Position numbers and translations under genes: made by a program. Below, piece by piece: positions 49,172 through 59,758 of a stretch of DNA of 64,000 bases; the stretch's first letter is position 1; every line of letters begins with the position of its first letter. The notes under the pieces were generated by a model. That model saw only the letters and a program-made list of their open reading frames with translations. It was not told the origin of the DNA and ran no database searches. The DNA is from a virus, in IMG/VR virus record IMGVR_UViG_3300037484_000104, positions 28,399 to 92,398 of that record; one strand, given 5' to 3'.

Positions 49172-50170
49172 ATGGATAGAGTAAATAAAGTACTTATCGG
49201 AAAATCTATAGCTCGTACAGCAGCTTTGACCGCAGCTACCCTTTATACAGGTACTAATGGTCCAGCAGAAGGTGAGATTATAGTTCTAGATAAGAATTTC
49301 AAACTTGCTTCCCCCGGAATCACTATCGCTGATTCCCCTATAATTTATATAGCAGAAGCAGTAGGTTTAACCTATAGTACAACAAATGAAGCTGGTACAA
49401 CTGTTACCGGTATTCGTAAATTAATTGTATCTGATGCAATTGAAGGTGATAAAGTAACTTCATATCTTGGTAGAGCATATGCCGCTGCTACAGCACAGGT
49501 TACTACAATCGACCTTTCATCTCTTACACCAGTTGTAGGAACAGAATATACAATTCGTGTAATTTATACAGATACTTATGATCGTCCTGGTCAAGTTGCT
49601 GTAACTTACCGTTATGTAACAACTACAGCTACATTGGCTACATTTATTACAAACTTTGCAGCCGTAGTTAACAAACATATTACTCGTAGAGTAGATGCTA
49701 CAACTACAGCTACTACCCTGATCTTAACAGGTCGTGTAATGCCTTATGATGTAACTGATTCAGTTAATGCAATAGATGAATATTACCAAGTTAATTTTAA
49801 AGTAACCTTACTTTCTAATAACTATTCGACTAGCACGGTAACATATACTACTACTGCTACTCCAGGTAACGGTACATGGCAACGTGTTCGTGATGCTGAG
49901 AAGAAAGCACAGGGTTATAAGGGTGTGACTAATCGTACCTATTTCCCAGTATTTACTCCTGCTATGCGTACAGTAGCTTCTACTAATTATGATAGTATCG
50001 TTATTGAAAGCGAAAGAGGGTATAGTTCTCCAGATAGTTATAATAAAACAGCTCGTATAACTACTGAGTTGTATATTGTAGATGGAGCTAGTCAAACCGC
50101 TAATGTATTATCTGTATTGAATCCTTGGATGGCTTCAACTCCAGGTAGTTTTGGAAATGTATCCTTCTAA
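49172..50170 (+). CDS. auxiliary capsid/structural protein
   Basis: Thr-rich; MDRVNKVLIGK start; PGNGTWQRVRDAEK..QGYKG. Confidence 0.65.
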   Translation: MDRVNKVLIGKSIARTAALTAATLYTGTNGPAEGEIIVLDKNFKLASPGITIADSPIIYIAEAVGLTYSTTNEAGTTVTGIRKLIVSDAIEGDKVTSYLGRAYAAATAQVTTIDLSSLTPVVGTEYTIRVIYTDTYDRPGQVAVTYRYVTTTATLATFITNFAAVVNKHITRRVDATTTATTLILTGRVMPYDVTDSVNAIDEYYQVNFKVTLLSNNYSTSTVTYTTTATPGNGTWQRVRDAEKKAQGYKGVTNRTYFPVFTPAMRTVASTNYDSIVIESERGYSSPDSYNKTARITTELYIVDGASQTANVLSVLNPWMASTPGSFGNVSF

Positions 50171-50195
50171 TTATTAACTTAATAAATGTATAGAA

Positions 50196-50573
50196 ATGGC
50201 TTATAATGAATTTGATATTAAAAGGACAGCTTACGCTTCTATAGCTATTCCAAATGCTGCTACAACTGTGTCCACTGGTAAATTTATTCCTGCTGGTGCA
50301 ATTGTAACAGGAATTAGAATGGTTGCTCCATCTGCTGTAACTTTAACAGGAGCTTCGGCAACTGTACAGTTGATGGTTGGTGCAATTAGTGTATTAGCTA
50401 CATCTAATGTTTCTGCATTAGGTGCTCAGACTGTTCCTTCAGTTAAGGCTTTAGCAACAACTGCTGGTAATTATTTAACAGTAGATAGTGAAATTAGTCT
50501 TATAGCACAAGCTAGTAGTAACTCTGCAGCAACTGCTACGTATGATGTATATGTAGACTATATTTTAGTCTAA
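50196..50573 (+). CDS. small structural/head decoration protein
   Basis: IPAGAIV...YDVYVDY beta-rich. Confidence 0.55.
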   Translation: MAYNEFDIKRTAYASIAIPNAATTVSTGKFIPAGAIVTGIRMVAPSAVTLTGASATVQLMVGAISVLATSNVSALGAQTVPSVKALATTAGNYLTVDSEISLIAQASSNSAATATYDVYVDYILV

Positions 50574-50587
50574 TTACAATTAATTTA

Positions 50588-50623
50588 ATGGAGGAGAGAT
50601 TAAATGTCTTTCCTCTATTTTTT
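50588..50623 (+). terminator. intrinsic terminator
   Basis: GGAGGAGAGA...TCTTTCCTCT plus T6. Confidence 0.65.
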
Positions 50624-50633
50624 ATAACAATAT

Positions 50634-51338
50634 ATGGAACCAAGAATTTTAACTGAAAGTAATATAGGATTTCATAATATAAATCTAGAGCAATCTATTG
50701 AAAGAGTTGAGAAATCTAAAATGTACAGAGATTTATCTACTATTATAATATGTCCCACTAGAGGGATGTTTCCCACTAGAGTAGTACAGGCTTGGATGAA
50801 ACTAATTCGTCCAATGAATCAAATGGTGGCTGGACCAATATTTGCTGAATCTATGCAAGTAGACGAGGCATATAATTCACTATTTACATATATACTTAGT
50901 AATGACTATTTAAAGACTTTTAAATATGTACTTACAATAGAAGAGGATAATCTTCCTCCAGCAGATGGGTTAATTAAATTATATGAAAATATCGATAACT
51001 ACGATGTAATAGGTGGGTTATACTGGAGTAAAACTGATAATGGTTTCCCAATGATGTTTGGTGACCCTGAACAAGGGTTATATCATAGTGCTCCTCAAGT
51101 ACCAAAAGTTGATGAGATTGTTAGAGTAAATGCATTAGGAATGGGATTTAATTTATTTAAATTAGATATGTTTAAAGAATTAGAAGGTCCTTGGTTTAAA
51201 ACAGTAGAGGAAGAGAATGGGCTAATGACTCAAGATTTTTATTTTTATAGAAAGGCTGCAGAACAAGGATTTAAGTTTGCATGCGATTGTAGAGTGAGCG
51301 TTGGACATTATTCTCATAAAGAAGATAAAGTATACTAG
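50634..51338 (+). CDS. GT-A fold glycosyltransferase
   Basis: IICPTRG, IEEDN (DxD-like), GMGFNLF, QDFYF, VGH. Confidence 0.8.
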   Translation: MEPRILTESNIGFHNINLEQSIERVEKSKMYRDLSTIIICPTRGMFPTRVVQAWMKLIRPMNQMVAGPIFAESMQVDEAYNSLFTYILSNDYLKTFKYVLTIEEDNLPPADGLIKLYENIDNYDVIGGLYWSKTDNGFPMMFGDPEQGLYHSAPQVPKVDEIVRVNALGMGFNLFKLDMFKELEGPWFKTVEEENGLMTQDFYFYRKAAEQGFKFACDCRVSVGHYSHKEDKVY

Positions 51339-51891
51339 TATGGAATTAATAAATGAATTACGCATTGATTTGGCATGTGGTAATAGTAAAAGAGAAGGAT
51401 TTAAAGGAATAGATATAGTTAAAACAGATAGTACAGATTATGTATTTGATCTAACTAAATACCCTTGGCCTATAGAATCAGAGAGTGCTGAAGAAGTACA
51501 TTGTTCTCATTATATAGAGCATATTCCTCATAATATAAATAATCCTTCTGATTCAAGAGATGGGTTAATCCAATTTATGGATGAAATATATAGGATATTA
51601 AAACCTGGAGGTAAATTAACTGTCCTAGTTCCTTACCTAACTTCATTTAGAGCATTTCAAGATCCAACTCATTGTAGATTTATGTGTAAAGAGTCATTCT
51701 ATTATTTTAATAAAGAATGGATGGATGCTAATAATTTAAGTCATTACGGTATAAAAGCAAATTTTGATATAGTATTCTCATATTATATCAACAATGAATT
51801 AGTTCTCAAATCAAAAGAGGTGAGAGAGAAATCATTTAATGAGGATTGGAATTCTATAGACGATCTTATGGTACAACTAACAAAAATATAG
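51301..51891 (+). CDS. class I SAM-dependent methyltransferase
   Basis: IDLACG, GIDI, SHYIEH, RILKPGG, DPTH. Confidence 0.85.
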   Translation: MDIILIKKIKYTSMELINELRIDLACGNSKREGFKGIDIVKTDSTDYVFDLTKYPWPIESESAEEVHCSHYIEHIPHNINNPSDSRDGLIQFMDEIYRILKPGGKLTVLVPYLTSFRAFQDPTHCRFMCKESFYYFNKEWMDANNLSHYGIKANFDIVFSYYINNELVLKSKEVREKSFNEDWNSIDDLMVQLTKI

Positions 51892-51894
51892 TCA

Positions 51895-52518
51895 ATGGCA
51901 CTAGTTTTAAATTTATCAGTTGTTGAACGCAACGATAGCAAATTAATTACATTCACAGATACATCTACTGGATGGGGTACAGAAGGAGATCCGAATGTAA
52001 CAAATTTAGATCCACGTACAGAACTTACATATTCATTAACAATAGATATTACTATTAATACATCAACTGAAGTAATAGTATGTGATCAAATTGATCTGCG
52101 TGATTTATTTGGTCCATTTACAACTACAGCAGATCTAGTATTTCCATTAGACTACACAACTATATTATCAAGCGGAGTTGGTGTAGATAGTAATGAGGTA
52201 TTACCAGATGGTATATGGGATATCACATATAAAGTACAACAATATGTTACAGGTAGTTGGGTAGATATTGACTCATATGTATTCTCAGTACTTATATATG
52301 GGGATGTTAAAACACAAGTTTACAATAGACTTAGACAAGTACCTAACTTATATAATAGTAAAATACTAATGGGTAGAGATATTCAAGAACCTCTTCTCTA
52401 TTATACATTCTTACAATCAATTGAAAAAAGTGCTTTTGTAGCACGTAAAGAAGAATTATTATCAATGTTAGAAACATTAGAAAGACTACTACTGAATGGA
52501 AGCAATTATCCTTGGTAA
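51895..52518 (+). CDS. tail hub/fibre-docking structural protein
   Basis: LPDGIWDITY; precedes the tail fibre. Confidence 0.5.
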   Translation: MALVLNLSVVERNDSKLITFTDTSTGWGTEGDPNVTNLDPRTELTYSLTIDITINTSTEVIVCDQIDLRDLFGPFTTTADLVFPLDYTTILSSGVGVDSNEVLPDGIWDITYKVQQYVTGSWVDIDSYVFSVLIYGDVKTQVYNRLRQVPNLYNSKILMGRDIQEPLLYYTFLQSIEKSAFVARKEELLSMLETLERLLLNGSNYPW

Positions 52519-55500
52519 TTATACAGATATTCCTATTGGATCAACAATTCCAGTTAGTGTTCCTGCATATGAAGCAGAACAAGCTGTAATTAAATTATCT
52601 GATGGATATAATCCTTATGTAATAGGAGAAACCAGTACTGACTCTTATTGGTTTAGATATAGTAATGGTATAATAAGACCTCTTACAGTTACTGATTTAG
52701 TAGTTATAGGAGGAACCACTACTGTCGGATCTGAAACATTAAGGGTGGTAGGTAGTATTTTATCTACAGGATTAAAGTTAGGATCTACAACATCTGTTAC
52801 ATCTATATTAGATGAAGATGATCTTGTATCAAATAGTAATACATCACTCGCAACTCAACAATCTATCAAGGCGTATGTTGATTCTCAAGTTGGTGGATAC
52901 TTACAATCTGGCGATAATATATCAGAATTAACAAATAATGTAGGTTATATTTCTATTGAAACCGATCCTATATTCGTAGCTTCAGTAGCTCATGCAATTG
53001 TTCTACAAGATTTTGTAGACTGGACTACTGCATATGGGTGGGGTAATCATGCTAGTGCTGGATACCTAACTACTGAAACTGATCCAATATTCACAGCTTC
53101 TGTAGCATACAATATAACTCAATTTCAAGTAGACTACTGGGACAATACTATAACTTTAGCCCATACTCATTCTAATATGACCACATTGAATGGAATTTTA
53201 TCTACAGGATTTGGAGATCAATTCTTATCAGATGATGGTACATATAAATCATTAACTGTATTACCTACTGGAACAGATGGATATGTTTTATTTAATGATG
53301 CCGGTACTATGGGTACAGATAGTACATTTTACTTTGATAAAGTAACTAGTACCCTTACTTATACAGACGGTGATATAGCAGGATACTTATATTTCAATTC
53401 AACTGATGTATACATAAGAAATAATGGAACTGGTGATCTAACATTCTTTGATAGTAATGCTGGATTAATTACTCTTTCAGACTTAATAACAGGAGCAACT
53501 AGTTATTGGACTCAAATAGGATCAGATATACATTATAGTTCTGGTAAGGTTGGAATCAATACAACTACATTTACTGAATCACTTAATGTTAGTGGTAATA
53601 TACTAGCAGATAATTTTAATAGTAAATACTATAGAGTTAATACATATAACAATATATGTATAGGTGATACTGCTGGAGATGGTATTACAACCACAAACTT
53701 ATTATTTATAGATAACAATGCCCTTGGTACAGCATCTACATTCCCACTTATTAAAGGAGATTTCTCTAACAGATATGTAGAGATAAATGGTGAACTGACT
53801 CTTAATTATGGCATAATTAACTTTGAAGATGCTAATCAAAAGATATTTTCAGACCTGGGTTATCTATATGTACAAGATCAATATATTAATACAGGAAGTC
53901 CATTAGCGTTAATATCATTTATAGATGGTACATATAATGCTTTAAAAACAGATTTTGCAGCTTATTCAAGTGTAGCTGCTATAACTGCTGCTAATATATC
54001 AAATTGGAATAGTGCCTATGGAGGAATACATAATCCCGTAACTATAGGAACAGCTAATGGATTATCATTAGCTGCTCAGGCTTTATCTCTAGCACTAGCA
54101 AGTACATCTATAACAGGGGCATTATCTAGTACTGACTGGAATACATTTAATAACAAACAAGCTACTCTAACAGCAGATGTGGATTATTTAACTCCAACAA
54201 CTGCGTCAACTACATATGAACCAGATTTAGGTAATCCTGGAACTACAGGGTATGTATTAAGTTCTACAGATGCTGGAGTAAGAAGTTGGATAGCAGTATC
54301 TAGTGGAGTAACTCCTACAGATGATATATTAGATTGGAGTACTGATAAGTATATACCATATGCAACAAGAGCTGAAGTAGGCACTAATTTATCTTTCTAT
54401 TCAGAAAATCTTGTCCCAAATGCTAATCACACAGGAACATTAGTTTTAAATGGGAAATTCGTTGCGGGAAGTACTAATAGTTCATATAATTCAACAGCAC
54501 TAGAAGGAAGAACCTATGGAGGAATAGGAGTACGTGGAGAAGCTACTGCTGGAGGAGCAGGTGTTTTAGGACAAACTACGAATGGTTCTGGGTGTCAAGG
54601 TACTGTAACATCTACTGGTTATGGACTAGTGTCCAGAATAACAGGAAGTTCTGTAACTACAGCAAAAGGATTATTTATTAATAGAGATTCAGGTGGAGTG
54701 TCTTCAACTGGAGATTTAATTTTAATTACAGATAATCCCTCATCAGCAACTATATCAGGTAAAGTATTAACAGCAACAATAGGGGCTACAGAAAGAATTA
54801 GTTTAGATCCTAGGGTTGTAGATGGGGCAAGTGCTGTAGCTTATATGTTTGATACCCATAATGCTTTATCAACTACTGGTGCTAAATTAATAAGTTTTAA
54901 AAATAACGGGACAGAATGGGCCTATATTACAAATTATGGACAAGTTAATGCTGTAGGAACAAAATCAATTACAGATGCTAGTAATTATGCTTTATATAAT
55001 CCAAGTGGGATATCTATAACTACAGCAGGATCAGAGAAATTAAATATTTCCTTAAATGCTACAGATGGAGCAAGTGCTTTAGTTTATGATCTTCGTACTA
55101 AAAATACTTTATCAACACTAGGCTCTAAAATAATCTCTATAAAGAATAACACAGTAGAAAGATTTAGAGTAACTCCTACTACTACAGATATACCTTGTGG
55201 GTCATCTACTACATTTGCTACAATTGGTGGGGTATTAAAAGACTTCTATACAGACGCTTCTACTAGTGGAACTGGAGAAACTGATTTATATAGTTATACC
55301 ACAATTGCAAATGTTTTATCAACTAATAATGATAAATTAGAATTTAAAGTTTTTATAAATCACGGGGCTGGAGCCAGTTCTACAATAAATTTCTATTTTG
55401 GAACATCTTTCTTAACTCAAAGTATTGGTAGTTTTACGGGATATGGAACATATGTATGTACAATAATGCGAATCAGCTCCACTGTAGCAAGAATAACCGT

Positions 55501-55657
55501 CTATTCAGATATATATGGTGTTACTACAGTGTATAGTGAATTAACTTCATTAAATTTTACAACAACTAATGTTGTAAAAGTTACTGGAACAAATAGTACC
55601 GGAACTTCTACAGCAAAATTTGGATATGTAGAATATAAACCAGCGGCAATTAACTAA
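52496..55657 (+). CDS. tail fibre/receptor-binding protein
   Basis: 1053 aa T/S/G-rich; LATQQSIKAYVD, two ETDPIF repeats, GALSSTDWNTFNNKQ. Confidence 0.75.
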   Translation: MEAIILGNYTDIPIGSTIPVSVPAYEAEQAVIKLSDGYNPYVIGETSTDSYWFRYSNGIIRPLTVTDLVVIGGTTTVGSETLRVVGSILSTGLKLGSTTSVTSILDEDDLVSNSNTSLATQQSIKAYVDSQVGGYLQSGDNISELTNNVGYISIETDPIFVASVAHAIVLQDFVDWTTAYGWGNHASAGYLTTETDPIFTASVAYNITQFQVDYWDNTITLAHTHSNMTTLNGILSTGFGDQFLSDDGTYKSLTVLPTGTDGYVLFNDAGTMGTDSTFYFDKVTSTLTYTDGDIAGYLYFNSTDVYIRNNGTGDLTFFDSNAGLITLSDLITGATSYWTQIGSDIHYSSGKVGINTTTFTESLNVSGNILADNFNSKYYRVNTYNNICIGDTAGDGITTTNLLFIDNNALGTASTFPLIKGDFSNRYVEINGELTLNYGIINFEDANQKIFSDLGYLYVQDQYINTGSPLALISFIDGTYNALKTDFAAYSSVAAITAANISNWNSAYGGIHNPVTIGTANGLSLAAQALSLALASTSITGALSSTDWNTFNNKQATLTADVDYLTPTTASTTYEPDLGNPGTTGYVLSSTDAGVRSWIAVSSGVTPTDDILDWSTDKYIPYATRAEVGTNLSFYSENLVPNANHTGTLVLNGKFVAGSTNSSYNSTALEGRTYGGIGVRGEATAGGAGVLGQTTNGSGCQGTVTSTGYGLVSRITGSSVTTAKGLFINRDSGGVSSTGDLILITDNPSSATISGKVLTATIGATERISLDPRVVDGASAVAYMFDTHNALSTTGAKLISFKNNGTEWAYITNYGQVNAVGTKSITDASNYALYNPSGISITTAGSEKLNISLNATDGASALVYDLRTKNTLSTLGSKIISIKNNTVERFRVTPTTTDIPCGSSTTFATIGGVLKDFYTDASTSGTGETDLYSYTTIANVLSTNNDKLEFKVFINHGAGASSTINFYFGTSFLTQSIGSFTGYGTYVCTIMRISSTVARITVYSDIYGVTTVYSELTSLNFTTTNVVKVTGTNSTGTSTAKFGYVEYKPAAIN

Positions 55658-55669
55658 TAGATAATATAT

Positions 55670-55954
55670 ATGGCAGCAACACCCACTGAAATTAACAATT
55701 TTAAGGCCACTATTCAATCAAAACAGTCTGAGATAGGAAATACTATCACTAACATATTATCTATCAATGGTAGGGCTGAAAATGAGGAAATATTGAGTAA
55801 ATTTAAACTCATTAATATATATGGAAATATACTAATAGATTACTTTAGTCAAGATCCATATAACACATATAACTTTTTTACAACTGATGAAATATGGGAT
55901 ATAGTTCAACATTTTAACGAGTTATGTAATACTGATTATAGCATAGATTTATAA
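55670..55954 (+). CDS. small structural (hub-like) protein
   Basis: 94 aa following the fibre. Confidence 0.45.
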   Translation: MAATPTEINNFKATIQSKQSEIGNTITNILSINGRAENEEILSKFKLINIYGNILIDYFSQDPYNTYNFFTTDEIWDIVQHFNELCNTDYSIDL

Positions 55955-55989
55955 ACAAATAATAACTAATTCGCAATTCTCATATAGTT

Positions 55990-56298
55990 ATGATAAATAC
56001 CGATTTGACAATAATGGACTACATGATAACCATATCAGGGTCATTAATATTAATACTACTAGGAGGAATAGGTTATTTCCTAAGACAGTTTGCAATAAGT
56101 GTTAAAGACCTGAAATTTACAGTAGATCAATTAAGGATTGTTCTTTCTGTTGAACAAGAAAAGATACATAATATAAAAGAAACAGTATCCACATCATTAG
56201 TTAATATAGATACAAAACTTACAGGAATGTCTATTAAGATTGATCAACATGATAGAGATATAACTGTACTTAAAACTATACATAGTGATAAAATTTAA
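55990..56298 (+). CDS. holin-like TM plus coiled-coil protein
   Basis: N-terminal TM helix; directly before the endolysin. Confidence 0.5.
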   Translation: MINTDLTIMDYMITISGSLILILLGGIGYFLRQFAISVKDLKFTVDQLRIVLSVEQEKIHNIKETVSTSLVNIDTKLTGMSIKIDQHDRDITVLKTIHSDKI

Positions 56299-56713
56299 AG
56301 TTGAGAGATCACATCTCAAAGACACTTATACAATAGGTGATTTCTATATAGACTATGGAAATGGTTGGGAATACTTCTGTAATACATTAGAAGATACTGT
56401 TCGTGATTTAAACCATGATGGTATCAATGAAGTTAAGATATGGGGAAAGACTGCTATACCATATGGTACATATAAAATAACATGGGCGATGTCTCCTACA
56501 TATAAGAAATTAATGCCTCTATTATGGGGAGTTAATGGATTTACTGGAGTACTTATTCATGTAGGAAATTTCCCAGAGGACACAAATGGATGTTTACTTG
56601 TAGGTGAAAATAAGATTAAGGGGCAACTTATAAACTCCACTATAACTTTTAATAAGTTATACAAGATAATGGTAGATAGTAATCAACAAGAATTTATAAT
56701 AGAAATTGTATGA
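56285..56713 (+). CDS. DUF5675-like endolysin (L,D-peptidase-like)
   Basis: YTIG, CNTLED, TAIPYGTY, LIHVGN...DTNGCLLVG. Confidence 0.8.
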   Translation: MIKFKVERSHLKDTYTIGDFYIDYGNGWEYFCNTLEDTVRDLNHDGINEVKIWGKTAIPYGTYKITWAMSPTYKKLMPLLWGVNGFTGVLIHVGNFPEDTNGCLLVGENKIKGQLINSTITFNKLYKIMVDSNQQEFIIEIV

Positions 56714-58944
56714 CACCTATAGATTATATAAATCAACTACTTAAAAGTATAGATTTTACAGAAGAAGAAATTGTAGATTTTTCTAGTATTATATATGATT
56801 CTGTCCAGAAGATAAAGGACGTGGAATCTCAGATGGCTAATAGAGTTAACTTAAAATATATGGAAGCTCTAACCTTAATAAGTAGTATTTTTGGTGGAGA
56901 TCTAGATAATCTAGTAAGGAATTGGAATTATGGATATCCGACAAATGTATATAATTATCCAGATGCTCCAGTAGAATTAAACCATATATTTACATTAAGT
57001 GGAACAGATTTAGTAGCTACTATTGAAGCTAATACAATACCTCACAAAGCCTCAACTAAGAATTTAGGAATATCTATATATAAAACAGATATTGCAAGTA
57101 ACACATCTAGTTCATCTATCTTTAATACATCTACTGGACTATATCAATTTTCTGGACCATGTGAAAGATTAACTAAAGGATTAAATATTACAAATAGTAG
57201 GACATATTGGATAAATGAAGTTGGTAATGTTACTACACGATTAGACTACGCACATCAAATTTGTGAGAAGTTTAATATTGATCCAGCAACATACGTCATC
57301 TGTTTAGATAAACCACAACCTCAATCGGCTTTAGGAGATTCAGCACTACCTACTTCATTATATGAAGAAGCTGTTACCTATAACTTAGCACAAAATTATG
57401 GGTTTAAAATGTGGGAAATAGGTAATGAGCCATTCTATTGTTGGGGAGTATACTCGACAGAATCTGTATATGCAGATTACGTTATTGCTACATCTATTGC
57501 TATCAAAGCAATTGATTCTACAGCTTTAATAGGTATATCTCCTATGAGAAAAGGGACTAATTGGGGAAATACTTGTTTAACTTTAGCAGCAGGATATTAT
57601 GATTTTGTTAGTCCACACTGGTATGGTTGGGCAAATCTTGATAATGTTACTACAGATGCTGCTGTACTAAGTGAAAATTATAGAACAATAGATTATCAAT
57701 CTTATTTAAATAATACTATAAAAACATTAAATCCTAACAAAGAAGTATATCAATTTGATACAGAATGGAGATTGTTTCCATCTACAGCAACAACTACTGG
57801 TGAGAATGATAGACACTGTGGTAATATAGTTGGAGCTATGCACTTAGCTGTACGAATGATATATACAGTTCGTGATGGATATTTAAGAGGATCATCATCG
57901 TGGTCATTGAATGGAGGTAGTCCTGGATCTACAGTACCTGCGGGTAATTATATTAAAGACTCTGTAACTTATCCTGCTGATGGAACTAGTACTCCAGTAT
58001 ATTGGACTAAGTACTATTTTACAAGATATATACATGAAAACATAGTGTCTTTTACTGGAACATCTCCATCTCATACTGGCACAGTAGCGAGATATGTTGA
58101 TGAAGGGTCTGGACCATTAACTGTAGAGATTACAGGTCCTAAAACACCTATGATTTGTACAATGAATTCTGACAAAACAAAAATGGGTATAGTTATTGTA
58201 AATGGAGCAGATAGTACAACCCCTTTTGATTTAGAAATTAATGACTTTATCCCAATAAACATAGAAGCTAAATCTATTACTCAAACAACAATTGACGACT
58301 TTCAGATAATAGATTATCAGACAGATATAGTTTCAAATCTAGTAGTTGATTATGCATCTAAACATTTAACCGGAACATTAGCTGCATATTCGATTAATTT
58401 TATTGAATTATCTAAACAAAGTGTCCCAGTAAAAGTTGATGAGACTTATAAGATATCATTTGGTACTTCTGACTATGCTGTAGATCATTGGAATGCATTT
58501 AAACAACTTACTGCAGGATATGGGTTTGATGTCTTAGAAACAACTACAGGGAATATCAATGTAATAGGTGTTAAACTTGTAGATGCTTGGTTAACTACTA
58601 ATAACGGTGGAATGACTAATACTATATATCCAGATGAAATAAGTGTAAACTCATTTTATACAAGTGATGATATAGTACGAGATATACTAGTTTACAATCT
58701 AGATCAAACTAGACAGTATTCATTTACATTTTTTGGAAGTAGAAATACTACAGGATCTAGGATAGCACAATATACTATAGGAGCTACTACAGTAGAATTA
58801 GAGGCCATACAAAATACTTCAAATACTGTAACTATTTCTGAAGTTACTCCTGATTCAAATGGTCAAGTTACTATATCGGTAAATAGAAAGGCTGGAAGTA
58901 CATATGGATATTTAAATGCAATAATTATAGAAACTTTAGCTTAA
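56710..58944 (+). CDS. glycoside hydrolase (clan GH-A, GH39/51/79-like) with extra domains
   Basis: WEIGNEP acid/base, DFVSPHWY, FDTEW nucleophile, C-terminal beta-sandwiches. Confidence 0.75.
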   Translation: MTPIDYINQLLKSIDFTEEEIVDFSSIIYDSVQKIKDVESQMANRVNLKYMEALTLISSIFGGDLDNLVRNWNYGYPTNVYNYPDAPVELNHIFTLSGTDLVATIEANTIPHKASTKNLGISIYKTDIASNTSSSSIFNTSTGLYQFSGPCERLTKGLNITNSRTYWINEVGNVTTRLDYAHQICEKFNIDPATYVICLDKPQPQSALGDSALPTSLYEEAVTYNLAQNYGFKMWEIGNEPFYCWGVYSTESVYADYVIATSIAIKAIDSTALIGISPMRKGTNWGNTCLTLAAGYYDFVSPHWYGWANLDNVTTDAAVLSENYRTIDYQSYLNNTIKTLNPNKEVYQFDTEWRLFPSTATTTGENDRHCGNIVGAMHLAVRMIYTVRDGYLRGSSSWSLNGGSPGSTVPAGNYIKDSVTYPADGTSTPVYWTKYYFTRYIHENIVSFTGTSPSHTGTVARYVDEGSGPLTVEITGPKTPMICTMNSDKTKMGIVIVNGADSTTPFDLEINDFIPINIEAKSITQTTIDDFQIIDYQTDIVSNLVVDYASKHLTGTLAAYSINFIELSKQSVPVKVDETYKISFGTSDYAVDHWNAFKQLTAGYGFDVLETTTGNINVIGVKLVDAWLTTNNGGMTNTIYPDEISVNSFYTSDDIVRDILVYNLDQTRQYSFTFFGSRNTTGSRIAQYTIGATTVELEAIQNTSNTVTISEVTPDSNGQVTISVNRKAGSTYGYLNAIIIETLA

Positions 58945-58953
58945 AATATAGAT

Positions 58954-59211
58954 ATGAAAAATATATTAAAATTAAGTAATCTAAATAAGCCATCTCATCC
59001 TAATTGGAAAAAGATAGCAGATATAGCATTATATATGCTTATGGCAGAATTGCCTATTATAACAATGTTACCAGTAAGTGATACAACTAAATTATGGATA
59101 ACATTAGGATTAACTCAAGGTACAGTATTAATTAAAGCAATAAGTAAATTTACATTAGATCCTGATTATGTGGACAATACTCTTATCGAAGATTCAACAG
59201 ATAGTAAATAG
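58954..59211 (+). CDS. putative holin
   Basis: PSHPNWKKIAD plus two hydrophobic segments. Confidence 0.55.
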   Translation: MKNILKLSNLNKPSHPNWKKIADIALYMLMAELPIITMLPVSDTTKLWITLGLTQGTVLIKAISKFTLDPDYVDNTLIEDSTDSK

Positions 59212-59758
59212 TAAATTATTCTTATATTTAGTTATAGGAGGACTTGTATACTTCTGGATTGTAGATAGAAAACAATTGAGAGATAATATAAGTAGATTGG
59301 AAACTAATCAGATTGCTCTTACTACTAATAGTTCTATTCAACAACAGGTATATCTTGGGGAATTTAAGAAATTACATTCTAAAGAAGATAGTATAGCTAA
59401 ATTAATTGGGTTGAAACCTAAAGATATAACTAACGTAGTAGTTAACAATTATCATTATAAAGATACAACTATTGTACAAGTACCTCTAATTCCTAAAGAT
59501 TCAACCTCTAAAGATACTCTAACCTTTATATCTCCAATTAAATGTGGATATGTATCAGGAGAAGTATATCTTAAGAATATGACTATTAAGATAAAAGAAG
59601 TAGATACTAAAGATACTCTACACACATTTCTATATGAGAACTATAATAGATTCTTAGGATTCTTATGGAAACGTAATAAAAGATATGAAGCAGTAACTTA
59701 TAGTGAATGTATGAACAAAGTTATCAATACAGAAGAAAACATTAAAATAATTAAATAA
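59168..59758 (+). CDS. putative spanin (Rz-like)
   Basis: N-terminal TM, coil, C-terminal RFLGFLW. Confidence 0.55.
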   Translation: MWTILLSKIQQIVNSKLFLYLVIGGLVYFWIVDRKQLRDNISRLETNQIALTTNSSIQQQVYLGEFKKLHSKEDSIAKLIGLKPKDITNVVVNNYHYKDTTIVQVPLIPKDSTSKDTLTFISPIKCGYVSGEVYLKNMTIKIKEVDTKDTLHTFLYENYNRFLGFLWKRNKRYEAVTYSECMNKVINTEENIKIIK

